Shown here piece by piece: positions 1-11,946 of a stretch of DNA of 64,000 nt. Below the pieces are notes generated by a model. That model did not search any database. It saw only the letters and a list, made by a program, of their open reading frames with translations, and was not told the DNA's origin. How positions within the stretch are numbered: position 1 is the stretch's first letter; every line of letters starts with the position of its first letter. Position numbers and translations under genes: made by a program. The stretch comes from Felis catus (lineage: Eukaryota): positions 178,686,001 through 178,750,000 of the forward strand of contig NC_058368.1 in the NCBI RefSeq assembly GCF_018350175.1, read 5' to 3'.

Positions 1-309
1 GGGTTTGAACTCATGGCTGCTAGACTTCAAAGCCTATGCTTGTTCGTCTACACAGCATTGCCTGGTACCTAGAAATCATTAAGCCTAACACTGTCTTTTT
101 ACCAACAAGGAAACAGAGCCCTGGAAATACTAAGTGGCTTGCCCAATGACATCCTTCAAGGTCTAGAGACTGCCTCCCTCCAGCCTGAGCAGGCAGATGG
201 AAGAGAGTTCATTTGCTCTAAGCTGGCCTGGTGTGCATTAGGTCAAGTCCCAAGGGTGGCTGTCTACAAAAGCTACTGTACTTGAAGAGTGTGTGTTCAG
301 AGTGGGATC

Positions 310-740
310 ACACTGGAGTCTTGGGCCATTTATTCTCTATTCCTGGTCATCTCGTCCCCCTAACCCAACTCCTATGTCCAGGAGAATTCATCCTGGAAGC
401 AAAGCGTCAAAGGCCTTCCTCCAAACAACATTTCTGACATTAGCCCTTATTTATTAGGACTGTTCCCTCCCTGCTGGGTCACTGAGGCTGGTGGTATGGC
501 TTCCAAAGGTCACAGATCCTGTCAATCAGGTTCCCAGATGACCTCCTGTTGCAGGTTCTGGTAACTGCTCTCCCCTCTTCCCCTTCAGGCTAGGGGTAGA
601 AATGGTGCCCGGCTGTTTTTAGCCACAGGGGTACTGACCCAGAACCTTCTGTTTTACCCAATCTTGCGCACACTTTTGTAAACTGTCTGTTTAATAATTG
701 TCCAATTTGAGTATTTCCTGCTGGGACCATGACAAATACA
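310..740 (+). mobile_element. Degraded ERVL-type solo LTR (LTR33-like)
   Basis: 3' end cacttttgtaaactgtc...tttgagtatttcctgctgggaccatgacaaataca resembles the LTR33 terminus and the better-preserved copy at 45070-45510; 5' boundary approximate. Confidence 0.4.
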
Positions 741-1676
741 CTCCCCCAGTTATTCTCTGACTCATCACCCAATTTCTTTCCTGCCCAATACTTACCACAT
801 TCAGTAATTGTTACATTTATTTTGTATTTGCTTTCTTAATGTCTTTTTCTCCCCAGAATGCAAACTCAGAAGGACCAGGACTTTATTGATTTATTATAAA
901 ACATCGTTCCCTAAAGTCAGGTTGGCCATCTTCACAGTCCCACTGTCAGTGTTGCAGGAGCTAGCAGGAATGATTGGTTGCAATTGGCTATAATGTTGGT
1001 GACCATCTCAAATGAAAGGGCTCTTCTAAGACTCTTTTTCAAGGTGCAAGCAAAGGTTGCATGTCCGATTTATACCTGGGCCTGATTGCCATTTGTTTCT
1101 CTGGATTTGTCCTGGATACTTTCTACTGTGATGATGCCCTCAGGATCATAATTATCATCATGTCGAGGTCAAATTCATCTCGGCCAGTAAGCCGTAGCCA
1201 CCAAGTATGTGTGCTAGGTAGTGCTGCGGTGCTGGGGACTGTAGCCAGGAGAAAGGGAAACCCACCTGTGTGGGACCTGACCTGCCTTTGGCTGTGGTTC
1301 TCAGATGGGTGTTCGTTGTCTGGCCAGACACGCTCAGAGAAATCCCATGGAATGTACACTTGGGAACAGAAATGAAAACTCCACTCACAAGTCCATCCGG
1401 ATAATTTATCAAGGGATACTCAGGAAGAGCCGTTCATTTGGTGCCTGAAGGAAGACTCACATTTCAGACCCACAGGGATGAGCACTCTCAAAATCATGGG
1501 TCCCAGGGATGCCCCTGGCTGCCTTCGGAGGATAGTCTCAGCTTCACTTCACTAGCCAAAGCTTTTAGCCTTGCATTAGCTGCAGGGGCAGATAGCACTG
1601 AGCTTGAATTTCAGGCTCTGAAGTCTTCTAACTTGGTTGAAATCCTGGCTTTCCCACTTAAGAACTCCAAGACTCC

Positions 1677-1905
1677 GGGGCGCCTGGGCGGCTCAGTTGG
1701 TTGAGCGTCTGACTTCCGCTCAGGTCATGATCTCACGGTTCGTGGGTTTGAGCGCCATGTTGGGCTCTGTACTGACAGCTCAGAGCCTGGAGCCTGCTTC
1801 AGATTCTGTGTCTCCCTCTCTCTCTCTCTGCCCCTCCCCCCCACTCGTGCTCTGTCTCTCAAAAATAAATACATGTTAAAAAAATTAAAAAAAAAAAAAA
1901 AAAAA
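1677..1905 (+). mobile_element. Felid Can-SINE (SINEC_Fc type), full length
   Basis: Head ggggcgcctgggcggctcagttggtt, (CT)n region, aataaa and poly(A); 16-bp TSD aagaactccaagactc at 1660-1675 and 1904-1919. Confidence 0.97.
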
Positions 1906-2100
1906 GAACTCCAAGACTCTGAGCAGCTTACATACGGATTCCCATCTGTATGATGGGAATGCCTACACCTTCTCCTGAGGGTTGTGAAGGTTAGGCTGAA
2001 CGAGATAATGCAGGAAAGCCACTGAGCGCATATTCAATGAAGGGTAAACTGCAATTTTAGGGAGATGTCAGATTTCCCATCTGCCAGTTCTGCTCGGTAA

Positions 2101-2326
2101 TTTTTTTTTTTTAATTTTTTTTTCAACGTTTATTTATTTTTGGGACAGAGAGAGACAGAGCATGAACAGGTGAGGGGCAGAGAGAGAGGGAGACACAGAA
2201 TCGGAACCAGGCTCCAGGCTCTGAGCCATCAGCCCAGAGCCTGACGCGGGGCTCGAACTCCCGGACCGCGAGATCGTGACCTGGCTGAAGTCGGACGCTT
2301 AACCGACTGTGCCACCCAGGCGCCCC
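2101..2326 (-). mobile_element. Felid Can-SINE, young subfamily, full length
   Basis: Reverse complement reads ggggcgcctgggtggcacagtcggttaagcgtccgacttcagccaggtcacgatctcgcggtcc...gtcccaaaaataaataaacgttgaaaa; CpGs retained; TSD tgctcggtaattttt at 2091-2105 and 2327-2341. Confidence 0.97.
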
Positions 2327-2928
2327 TGCTCGGTAATTTTTAAACAACCCAGTTTCCCAGCCACTTACTCCTGCACCCCTTTCCTTTGAGTTTCAGTGTT
2401 TTCTTAAAGTAGTCATTTAGATTGTTTTTTGTTTCCACTCCAACCAAAAGCTTAAAAGGTTTAGTTGTCATTCCTTTGAGAACCCTGATGGGCAGGTTAC
2501 AGAAGATGCTTACTGATAAGAGGTATTTGGGCTTCCCAGTCCTGCCCCAGGACTCTTTAGCCATCTCTCCTCACCTAGGTTCATTCACCTGGACCCAGGA
2601 GCGTTTTTGGAGCCAGGGAGCATGTGAACTAGTGAAGGAAGTGCAGGGTCTGGGCTGGACAGGTCTGGGTTAGAATCCTGAATCTGCCACTCACTTAGAT
2701 GTGTGAATTCATGTGCCCTGCCGAGTGGCTCTAGCCCCAGTTTCCTCATTTGTGAATACTGTGTGAGAAACATTTGGGCCCAGGGTTCAGAAATGGAAGC
2801 TATTTCTATTATGCTGAGGGTTTTATTCTTTACCTTGGAGGAGCTGCTAATATACTTGGGATGACAAAATGAGTATTTCTAAAATGCCCATGTTGGGTCA
2901 GATAGTGACTCCTGGTTAAAGTTCTTGA

Positions 2929-3160
2929 GGGGCTCCCGGGTGGCCCAGTCGGTTAAGCGTCTGACTTCAGCTCAGGTCATGATCTCACAGTTCGTGATCT
3001 CCCAGTCCTGTATCGAGCCCTGCATCGGACTCTGTGCTGACATCTCAAAGCCTGGAGCCTGCTTCAGATTCTGTGTCTGCCTCTCTCTCTGCTCTTCCCC
3101 CACTCATGCTCTGTCTCTCTCTCTCTCACAAAAATAAATAAACATTAAAAAAAAAAAAAA
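2929..3160 (+). mobile_element. Felid Can-SINE, full length
   Basis: Head ggggctcccgggtggcccagtcggttaag, (CT)n, aataaataaac plus poly(A); TSD aaagttcttgag at 2918-2929 and 3158-3169. Confidence 0.96.
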
Positions 3161-3616
3161 GTTCTTGAGCCATTGCATTTCTGAGCTTTCTACTCACGTT
3201 ACAGATGGCTGCCTGGGACTTCAGTATAGATCTGATCAAAGGCTAATTTCTTCACTTTCTTTCTTCCTTTTTGGAGGGAGTATGCTGAAGTTCGCAATTA
3301 GATGCTCAAAACAGGACAATTCCTACAGGGAGTACTGCCCCTGTCTGCTCCACATCATTCAAAAGAGAGCAATGACCTGGCAGGTGCTTTTGAGGTGTGG
3401 GGCCTGCCCAGTGTCCAGTTCTTCATCACGGCCGAGAAAGCTGCCCACCGGCCTTGCCACTCGCTCTCCAGCTCTACCCAACCCTCTGCCATTCCCAGAC
3501 ACACAGGCTGCTCTTTGCGGCTTTGCCTTGACCGCCACGATGCCCTCCCCTCCTGTTTTCTCCTTGTCTGTTACTTCTTCCAGGCACAGATGCTGTGGCA
3601 CACCAAAGCTCTAAAG

Positions 3617-3875
3617 CAGTGCTTCTCAAAGCATGGGCTTTGACAGGGGTCAGTTTGCAAATGGGTGCTGGTCTACAAGGGGAAGGGCAAAGACAGCAAT
3701 TTGACAGAGTAATTTTATGTCTGTTGAATCTAATAACCATAAGTTTGTGGTATTATTTTGTATATCTCTGGTTTTTAATTTTCACTTTTCTTATTGTTTT
3801 TTACAGAAACATTGGTGAGGGAACAGAAACAAAAAACAGAACTTGTGCTACCCGCACCTGGTCTGAGAAGCACTG
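3617..3875. mobile_element. Non-autonomous hAT-Charlie DNA transposon (MITE, 259 bp)
   Basis: Perfect 12-bp terminal inverted repeats cagtgcttctca (3617) and tgagaagcactg (ends 3875); flanks ctctaaag/ctccaggc resemble a decayed 8-bp hAT TSD. Confidence 0.75.
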
Positions 3876-4079
3876 CTCCAGGCTAATGTTACCAGCTTTG
3901 GCTTGATTGTCCCTGAGCCCTCCCCAGCCCTACCATCCTCCCCATCTCTCCTTTCCACCATATTCCTGCTCCTACCTGCTTCCGGCCTTGAACCTGCAGA
4001 TGTGACCTTCCTCCTGCTGGCGGCTCTTCTGACCTCTCCCCATTTAGCCTCTGCCCCCCAGCCATCTAGAGCAACTCAG

Positions 4080-4380
4080 ATGTGACTTCCTCAGCCAGAC
4101 CTTCCCAACACACCCTCAGTCTCAGGGCTCTCCTTGTCCTTTTGTATCACGTGTTGTTCCTCTTTCTTCCGGGCACCTGATCCCCGCTGGAGAGTTTCCT
4201 GGGAGCTCCACTGTTTAATGCTAGACCTACCCGATCCCCCCAGCTGCATGAAGGCAGGCACCACCGTACTGGCTTGTCCATCACCATCTCCTGGTTTCCC
4301 GTAAGATGCCTAGCACATATGAGGTGCCCAGGGAACATTTTTAGTTTTGGCACATTAAATGATTGAGGAAATGGATAATC
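4080..4380 (+). mobile_element. L2 LINE 3' fragment
   Basis: tgtgacttcctc...ccttccc, catgaaggcagg and gcctagcacatatgaggtgc resemble the L2 3' end; heavily diverged. Confidence 0.5.
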
Positions 4381-4544
4381 AACGGAACTCAAAGATCACT
4401 ATAGCCATATTAGTGAACCATCTGTCTGCCTCTGGGAAGAGTTGCTCATTTCATCTTTCTGACCTCTTATGCTTTACTAAGCCTTTTCTAAAAATTGCAT
4501 TTCTTCCACCATATACTCCCCCAAAAGCAAGGCCTTGGCATCAG

Positions 4545-4760
4545 GGAGAACTGAGTTTAAATCCCAGTTTCTCCACCACCCAGCTGTACGACCTTAGGCA
4601 AGTGATCTGAGCTGTCTGAGACTCAGTTTTCCTCATTTATAAAATGGATATAGAAACACCTACTTCACAGGATTCTTAGAAAATTAGATGAGGTAGTAAA
4701 ATTCAAAACACCGAGCAGACCTGTCCAGAGTAGATGCTCAACCAGTATTAATTCTTTTCT
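4545..4760 (+). mobile_element. MIR SINE
   Basis: MIR core gaccttaggcaagtg...ctcagttttcctcatttataaaatgg. Confidence 0.85.
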
Positions 4761-5260
4761 CCTCCCTTGTCTCCTCCATACTCTGTTATGACTTCACGAA
4801 GCCACAGGCAGTGCCTTGGTCATCATTGTACCTCAGGAGCTTGAGATACAGCAGGTGCTAAATAGAAGTGTGTTGAGTGAACGGATAAATAACCCATTAT
4901 TAAATTATTATTATTAAGTTGTTAAATAAAAAGTAATTTGATCAATATTTTCTGTTTCTTAATCCACAAAAGGGGGGATAGGAAGCTTTATTGCTAAGAG
5001 AATTAAAATAATGCATGTAAGTGCTTAACACAGAAGCGTTCAATAATTGGTAGTTGTTATCATTATAAATAATAAAAACAATACATTAGATGGTATCTCC
5101 CAATCCTCAGGACCAAGTTTGTTGGAAGTAAATCAAGCAAGTGAAAAAAAGAAAAAAGAAAAAAATGCCGTGAACAGTGGTTTGGCTCCACTCCCCAGGT
5201 GTCGTGAGGGGGTGTAAGTAGGTCCCAAGCACTAACGCGAGTCTGGCTATAGTCAGGAGA

Positions 5261-5277
5261 GACAGCAGGGGGTGCTG
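5261..5277 (+). promoter_or_regulatory. CTCF-like motif (candidate)
   Basis: gacagcagggggtgctg versus the CTCF core CCAGCAGGGGGCGCTG; lies in non-repeat, mildly CpG-retaining sequence; motif match only. Confidence 0.3.
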
Positions 5278-6401
5278 TTTCCTCATTAAAGAGACAGCCA
5301 ACTCTCACCGGTGCAGCTTTGATCCAGATTTTGAGAGCCGAGTTCGGCTGCAGGTTGAGGAGCAGCAAGTTCCTGTGGCAGGAATCCTGCAGGTTCTGAA
5401 CAGAGGTCCCCTGACTAAGATTCCCATGTCTGGGGCCCTACACGTCAGCCCCTGTGGTCTTTGACTGGCTTTGGCCTGCAGGCTAATCACTCAGCCTCTT
5501 CTGCGTTGCCACCCCGAAGGGAGGCATCACAGAGGACTCAAGAGGGAGAGAAGCAGAGAACAGGACCCTAGCACCTCAAGGCGCCCTCCCCGCTGCATTT
5601 GGTTCTGTTCCCCTCACCAGACCCCACCGGGGGCAGGTGGAGACAGGGGTGGTGCTGAGGCTGCTGAGGGTTGCCCTTCCTTATTCTCTCTGGCACAAAG
5701 GCTCCCATGGGCTAGCCCCAGCCTTTAAAGAACACCCGGTGTTCATCAGGGTACGAATATATAGAAATACCTACAAATAAAAAAATAGGGTGTTTTAAAT
5801 TTGTTCCAAAATCCTGTTGACAGTGGAGTGGGGGAGAATGTAAATGAAACAAGGTTGGCCGCGAGTTATATGTGACGACACATGCGAGTTCACTGTACTT
5901 CTCGTTCTACTTTGGAATATATTTGAAATCTTTCCAAAAGGAAGTTTTTAAAATGGGATACATAGTGCCTTGCCTAAGATTTTGCTGGGCAATATTAGGA
6001 ATCTTTCCAGTGAAGACAGAGGAGGCAGGCTACAGAGTAGCACTGGTAGGTGATGTTTATTATTCTCAAAAGTCAGCCACTATCAGAGCTGGATAAAAAG
6101 AAAGATGACAGGTAAGCATGTTGAAGCAATTCTTCCAGAAGAGGGAGGAAGGTAACATGTGATTGGGCCTTGAAGCGTGCATGTAAGTTAGTCAAGAAGA
6201 TAGGAGCAGACTTACCATGTATGTTAATTGCCCTACGCCTGGAATCAGCCATTTCTCCCATGAAGCCCTGTTTCTTTGTACTGGTTAATGGCATTTAGGG
6301 CCTACAGTCTGGAAGGGTTCCTTTTAAAAACATATCCCTACCGCCATTATCATACCTAAATATTTAACAATCATTCCTTAAAATACAAATCCTCTTAATA
6401 A

Positions 6402-6597
6402 TTTTTTTTTAGAATTTATTTATTTATTTTTGAGAGAGAGAGAGAGAGGCAGAGAGAGAAGGAGAGAGAGAATCCCAAGCAGGCTACGTGCTGAGAGTAT
6501 GGAGCCTGACCCAGGGTTCAATCTCACAAAACGTGAGATCATGACCTGACCCGAAATCAAGTCAGACGCTTTACTGACTGAGCCACCCAGGTGCCTC
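6402..6597 (-). mobile_element. Felid Can-SINE, older subfamily
   Basis: T-rich tail, (GA)n, aatcccaagcaggct...gagccacccaggtgcctc; decayed TSD tacaaatcctcttaa / tataaattctcttaa. Confidence 0.93.
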
Positions 6598-7479
6598 TAT
6601 AAATTCTCTTAAAATAATAACTCTCATGTGAAATTTTCAAGTACATTCACTTATCTTGGCCTTCACATCCTATTCTCACAACTTACTCTTCAAAATTTAT
6701 TGTGTGAGGCAGTAATGCTAACAACGTGTGCTAGTCCACCATGTGAGGGGCTTCACGTAATTCACTGAACACTTGCAACATGACAAAGGGTAAGGAATAC
6801 TACCCCCGTTTCAGAGAGAGGAAAACTGAGGCTTAGAAATGAAATTACTTCCTTATGAATAGAAGCTCATACAGAATAGCATAAGTGGCCTAATTCTGGG
6901 CCCTCTGCTCTTTGTTCTATGATACGCGAGGAATAGGGCATATGTGGAAGGCAGACACAATCATTTTGTTTCAGACGTTATCATTTTAAAATGTCATTTA
7001 AATATATAGTATTTGTTACTGGTTATTATGATTCGTGTTATCCTAGTCTATATTTAAGCAACCCCTCATAAAATAAATTATCTTTGTCTTGGATGTAACT
7101 AGTCTTTTTAAAAAGTATTACTATTGGAAATAACAAAATTTCACCTCTTAGTTTGGAGAAAAGCCTGTGTTTATTTTTTCCTTCTTTATAGAGGACTTGA
7201 AAGCCAAGGATCTTAGTGAAATCAATTTTAGGGATTTTCCAGAGAGGGTTGCAAACTGTTTATCAAGTTCACATTGATTTCTCCCCCACATGAATTGCCA
7301 ACTACACAGGTAGAACAAAGAGGATTTTCTTTCCTCCTCCTTATAGCCCTCCTAAAGAAACGTCTTTGAAACAAGAATGCAGAAATAAATACACACATCC
7401 ATGGTCCTCAAGGCTCTGAGGTTACAATCTGTAATTATTTCTCTTGTTTAAATTGACCACATTGTACTATTATTCACTT

Positions 7480-7710
7480 TGTTTAACATACACTTAGTAT
7501 GAGGCAATGTTCAAATCACTTTACAAATGCCTCCTCATTTAATCTTCCTGTGAAAACCTCTCAGATAGATGTTATCATCATACCCATCTTATAGATGAAG
7601 AAACTGAGGCACAAAGAGGTAAAGTAATTTGCCTAAGGTGGTACAGCTAGTAAGCTATGGGGCCCTGATCTGAGTCTGTGTGCCTAACCACTATGTATGC
7701 TGCCTCTTCA
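7480..7710 (-). mobile_element. MIR SINE
   Basis: cccatcttatagatgaagaaactgaggcacaaagaggtaaagtaatttgcctaagg is the reverse MIR core. Confidence 0.85.
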
Positions 7711-8179
7711 ACTGTGGGCCTCCTCGGAAGCAACATTCACGCCCACAGGACTGAAGACCCTGTAGCTAAGAGCCCATTTCCTGTTGGTCGATGGCCCTGA
7801 AAAAAAAAAGTACCTTCGATACTTAAGAATGATCTTGCCTGACTCGAGGTTTCAGACCAGATTAGCAGAACTCTTCTCTCTTGGTTCTGGACAAAGGAGA
7901 TTAGGAATTTGAAATGATGTCCTTTATTTTTCTTAATCAAGTTTAAGTTTGGACAAAGAAAACAGAAATCTTGTTTGTGGGGCTTGATTCTGCTTGAGGC
8001 CAGACCATCGTGTGCTGTGAGACATCCAACTTCTGGATGAAGACTCCATTCTACCTACAGGTAGTCAGGCTTCCATGGCAGCGGCCAGCTGAATATCTGT
8101 CTGATGCTTTTGCCTTTAACACGGCTTTCACAAGAATCATCATGATAATAATTATAATAACATAACAAATCACAATCAT

Positions 8180-8390
8180 AGTGGCCAACATTTATCCAGT
8201 GTTTGCCAGTGCTAAGAGCTCCCCGGGTCTAATGTTTGATGATGCTCACAATAAAGCCATGAGAGAGAGCAATGCTTATATGCATTTTACAGATGAGGAA
8301 ACTGAGGTGCAGAGAAGTTAGGTAACTCGCTTCAAGTCACAGAGCTGCAGATTTGGGATTCAAAACCAGGTCTGTCTGACCAGGGCCTGA
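8180..8390 (-). mobile_element. MIR SINE
   Basis: cattttacagatgaggaaactgaggtgcagagaagttaggtaactcgc is the reverse MIR core. Confidence 0.85.
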
Positions 8391-8499
8391 GTGAGTTTTC
8401 CAAACTGCCCTCACATTATAGAATCATGGGCTTAACTTAAAGCCCTCATCAATGCACATGAGAATTCAGTTTAATGTTTCTCTTTAGTTTTCCTTTCTT

Positions 8500-9030
8500 T
8501 TTTTAATTCACGGACCAAATATTTCCTGTGTCACTGTTCTGTACTATGATATGGTCAATAATGGGAAACAAAACATAGTTCTTGCATCATGGGACTAAAA
8601 AGAACTAAAAGGGAGAGAGATTGGGCCTTTCCATGGAGATTAAGAGGGAACAAAACAAGCTAGTATCCTGGTCCTGGAGATTCCTTAGAAGGGGCACTTC
8701 TCCAGTCTAGGATTTAGGGAAGGCTTCCTGGAGAAAGTGACATCTAGGCTGTGACAAAAGGAACAAACCAGAGTTTAGCAGGAAAAATTGGAATTAGGAC
8801 AGGGGGCATACTGGGCATAAGGAAAAGCATTTGCTCAAATATGAGACAAAATCAGACACTTTTCAGGCAAATGCCAGAAATTTAGCATGATCTGATCTGA
8901 ACTGGGGGTGAAAAGGGGCAGTAAGAGAGAAAACTAGAAAATTAAGAACTGATTTTTTTAGGGACTTATATGCTCTGCAAGAGTTTATATTTGGCTCCTG
9001 GGGTGGTAGGGAAACTTCCAAAGGGGGTTC
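8500..9030 (-). mobile_element. L2 LINE fragment
   Basis: agggaaggcttcctggagaaagtgacatctaggctg is typical antisense L2; boundaries approximate. Confidence 0.55.
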
Positions 9031-9469
9031 TGTCTTGGGATGCCCATGAGCTGTCAGCCACAGAAATCATCCTTTTCTGGCATACTACTTAAGAGTTGAG
9101 GCCTGACAGTGGGACTGGCCATTTGGTAAGGAGACCGTCCTGGGACAGTCAGAATGCCTGGTGATGGTAATGTCAGCACCTGGTAAGTCGCCAATGATTT
9201 CTAAGTTCCCTGTGGTTGCTCAAAAGCCAGCTAATGCCCCAAGGCAGGATGTCATTCATGATACTTTTTAAAGATGCTTCTCCAGAAAATGAAGGTTACC
9301 CACCCAGCGCATAAGAGTGGTGCCTGGGATACTGAGCAGAGATTAGGAAATCAGGTGTGCATCTTGGGAAAAATGCAAACTGTATTAATTGGTGTATTAA
9401 TTGGTATGTAGTTTACTCTACTATGGAAGAAAACCATTTACTTATTTGAAATATTACACTTTTATAGAG

Positions 9470-9720
9470 CTTAAGAGTTTGGGCTTTCAACTCAGACATA
9501 TATCAGTTCAAACTTAGGCTTTGTTGTCTATTTGCTGAAGCACTTGGGGCCACTTATGACACTCTTTGTGCCCAGATTTCCAGGTCTCTAAAATGGCGAT
9601 ACTAAGAGTAACTACCTTTTATGGCATTTGGGACTACTAGGTCAATTAAGTGAGACAATGTAGAGAAGGTATTTACCACCGTGCCTGGCATGTAACATTC
9701 AATAAATGGTGAACATTAAT
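9470..9720 (+). mobile_element. MIR SINE
   Basis: gggctttcaactcagaca...gtgcctggcatgtaacattcaataaatgg, near full-length MIR layout. Confidence 0.7.
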
Positions 9721-9940
9721 ATTTCAGGTAAGTCTCCTTAAGAGCTGAATGACAAACAACTCTCAAAGGTATACACATTTAAACACTGGACATGTAAAGC
9801 TGAAGGAATGAATTAATAATGGTAGAATTTCAGACAGAGGGGAAGAATTAGGACACAGAACAGGGTTGAACCATTCTTGGAGTAATACCTTTAGCTTATC
9901 ATACCACATCTGACAATCCCTTTCATTCTCCCTCTCTCTT

Positions 9941-10430
9941 TTTAACATTTTATTTGGAAATAGTTTCAAACTTACAGAAAAGTAAATACACCCATTAGAT
10001 TAATCTATTAACGTTTTGCCTCATTTGCCTTTTTTCTCTGCGCACAAACATGCAGTTGCACACACACTTTTCTTTTTCTTTTTTGTTTCATATGTTCTTA
10101 TTTATACTTTTTCTGAATCAGAATCTCACCTTCACACACACCTTTTCTGAGCCATATGAAGAAGTTGCCTTTCACCTCTGCATCCTGTACTGTGTGTTTC
10201 CCAAGGATGAAGGTGTTCTCTTACATGATCACGGCAGAGTCACCAACACTATAACTTCAAGGTCGATACACCATTTTTATCTAGTCTATCATCCACATTC
10301 CAATTTTGTCAGCTGACCACAAAGGTACTTTATAGTGCTTTTCCCTTCAAGGTCAGTTTCCAGTCAAGAACCAAGCTTTGCATTTAGTTGTCATTTTTGT
10401 TTGGTCTCTTTTAATATGGAATGTTCTCAT
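9941..10430 (-). mobile_element. Ancient L1 (L1MC-like) 3' UTR fragment
   Basis: ttttatttggaaatagtttcaaacttacagaaaag...ttctcttacatgatcac...catttagttgtcat resembles the antisense L1MC4/5 3' end. Confidence 0.65.
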
Positions 10431-10448
10431 CCCGTTCTGCCTTGACAT

Positions 10449-10451
<3 letters not shown>

Positions 10452-10484
<33 letters not shown>
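10452..10484. repeat. (TC)n microsatellite
   Basis: About 16 perfect TC units seen directly. Confidence 0.95.
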
Positions 10485-10487
<3 letters not shown>

Positions 10488-10850
10488 ACAAAAAAGGGGG
10501 CGTCAGACATACCTTGGTTTGAATCCTGGCTTTCTCACTTTAGGGGCTGAGAGACCCCCAGCAGCCTATTTCATGTGCCGAGCCTCGGTCTTCTCATCTG
10601 CTAGATGGGACCAGTAAGAGTCTATGTTGGGAACTCCATGAAACCATGGGTGGCGCTAAGGCACTTGGTGAGGAGCCTCGGACCTAGTAAATGCTCAGTG
10701 CATTTGATTAATGTAATAAGCATACTGTTATTAATAATGTGTTGGTAATGTAATGTTATCAGCGTAGCTCTGCCATTTCCTTGCTGGGTGAACTTGAAGC
10801 ATTAGCTTTGCCTCTCAGAGACTCAATATCCTTGGCTGTCAGAATGGAGC

Positions 10851-11098
10851 TTTTATTTTTATTTTTTTTATTTATTTACCTGGAAAGAGAGAGAGAGAGA
10901 GACAGAGAGAGAGAGAGAAAGCAAGAGAGCACACAAGCGGGAGAGGGCCAGAGAGAAGAGAGAGAGAAAATCCCAAGCAGGGTCCACACCATCAGTGCAG
11001 AGCCCGATGCAGGACTCGAACTCACGAACTGTGAGATCACGACCTTAGCCGAAAGCAAGAGTCGGATGTTTAACCAGCTGACCCACCCAGGAGCCCCC
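10851..11098 (-). mobile_element. Felid Can-SINE, older subfamily
   Basis: T-rich tail, expanded (GA)n, aatcccaagcagg...acccacccaggagcccc. Confidence 0.93.
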
Positions 11099-11689
11099 AT
11101 GACGGAACTTTTAATAGTTTCCTCCTGGGATTGAAGGACACACGACAAGTGAAGTGTCCAATGTCAGGCCGGCACGTACAAGTGTTAGGTAACACCTGTT
11201 CCCTTTCCTCTTACAAATGCCAGGTAGCTTCCATCGGCAATGCCTCCTGCCTCCACTTCCCTTGTCATGCAGAATTCTCAAGAGGCAGACTTTGTGGAAA
11301 TTAACTCCAGGGGCAAAGCCCTTACAGCAGGTGCTGTCCCATGAGAAGTTCTGGATCTCCAAAGATTAAGGCTATGGAGCAGAAACTGGAGACCCCACCC
11401 TCCCCGTGGCAGCTTTTCACCAAGTGTATTTTGGAATAATCTTTTTTCTCTGTTGATCAAACAAATTGCCATCGTGGGTGTGGTGGGTGTGGTGGGGGTT
11501 TGGAGGAGGAATGGCGGTGCTTGCAGATTCACTGTGATTCATTGTTGATCGAAATTAGAGTTCCAGGATCCTTGTAACCTTCGTGTCCCTATGGAAACTC
11601 TGACGTGGTGACCACTGAAAACTGAGCTCTCCAGGGCTGTCCGAAATGCCCACAAGTGTCAGCAGCGTCACCTCCTCAGGGAAGCATTC

Positions 11690-11946
11690 TTTGACCTCTG
11701 CACCCAATGTTACCCCTGTTCCCCAAAATCACACGCCCTGTTTTATCATCTTTTTGACACTTAGTCCTGTCTGATAGCTGGTCTGGTTTTTCTGTATATC
11801 TGATTCTTACCTGTTCTCCCTGACTAGGATATAAACCCCAGATGTCAGAGAACATGATTGTGTTCTTCTCCACCGGATCCCCAGCCTGTGACATGGTGGT
11901 CACCAATTTCATCGGTCACCAATATTTGTAGGCTGAGTGAATGAAT
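11690..11946 (+). mobile_element. L2 LINE 3' end
   Basis: ccctgactaggatataaacccc...aatatttgtaggctgagtgaatgaat, ending in the L2-type TGAA tail. Confidence 0.6.

Noticed and set aside
1677..1760. tRNA-like A and B boxes
   Set aside because: They are the tRNA-derived heads of Can-SINEs, followed by SINE body and tail; not tRNA genes.
1637..1879. Recurring peptide family (GAWVAQSVKRLTSAQVMIS...) in many ORFs across the window
   Set aside because: These are translations of Can-SINE copies, not a gene family.
11331..11351. REST/RE1-like ggtgctgtcc
   Set aside because: Only one half site; the GGTGCTGA half is absent.
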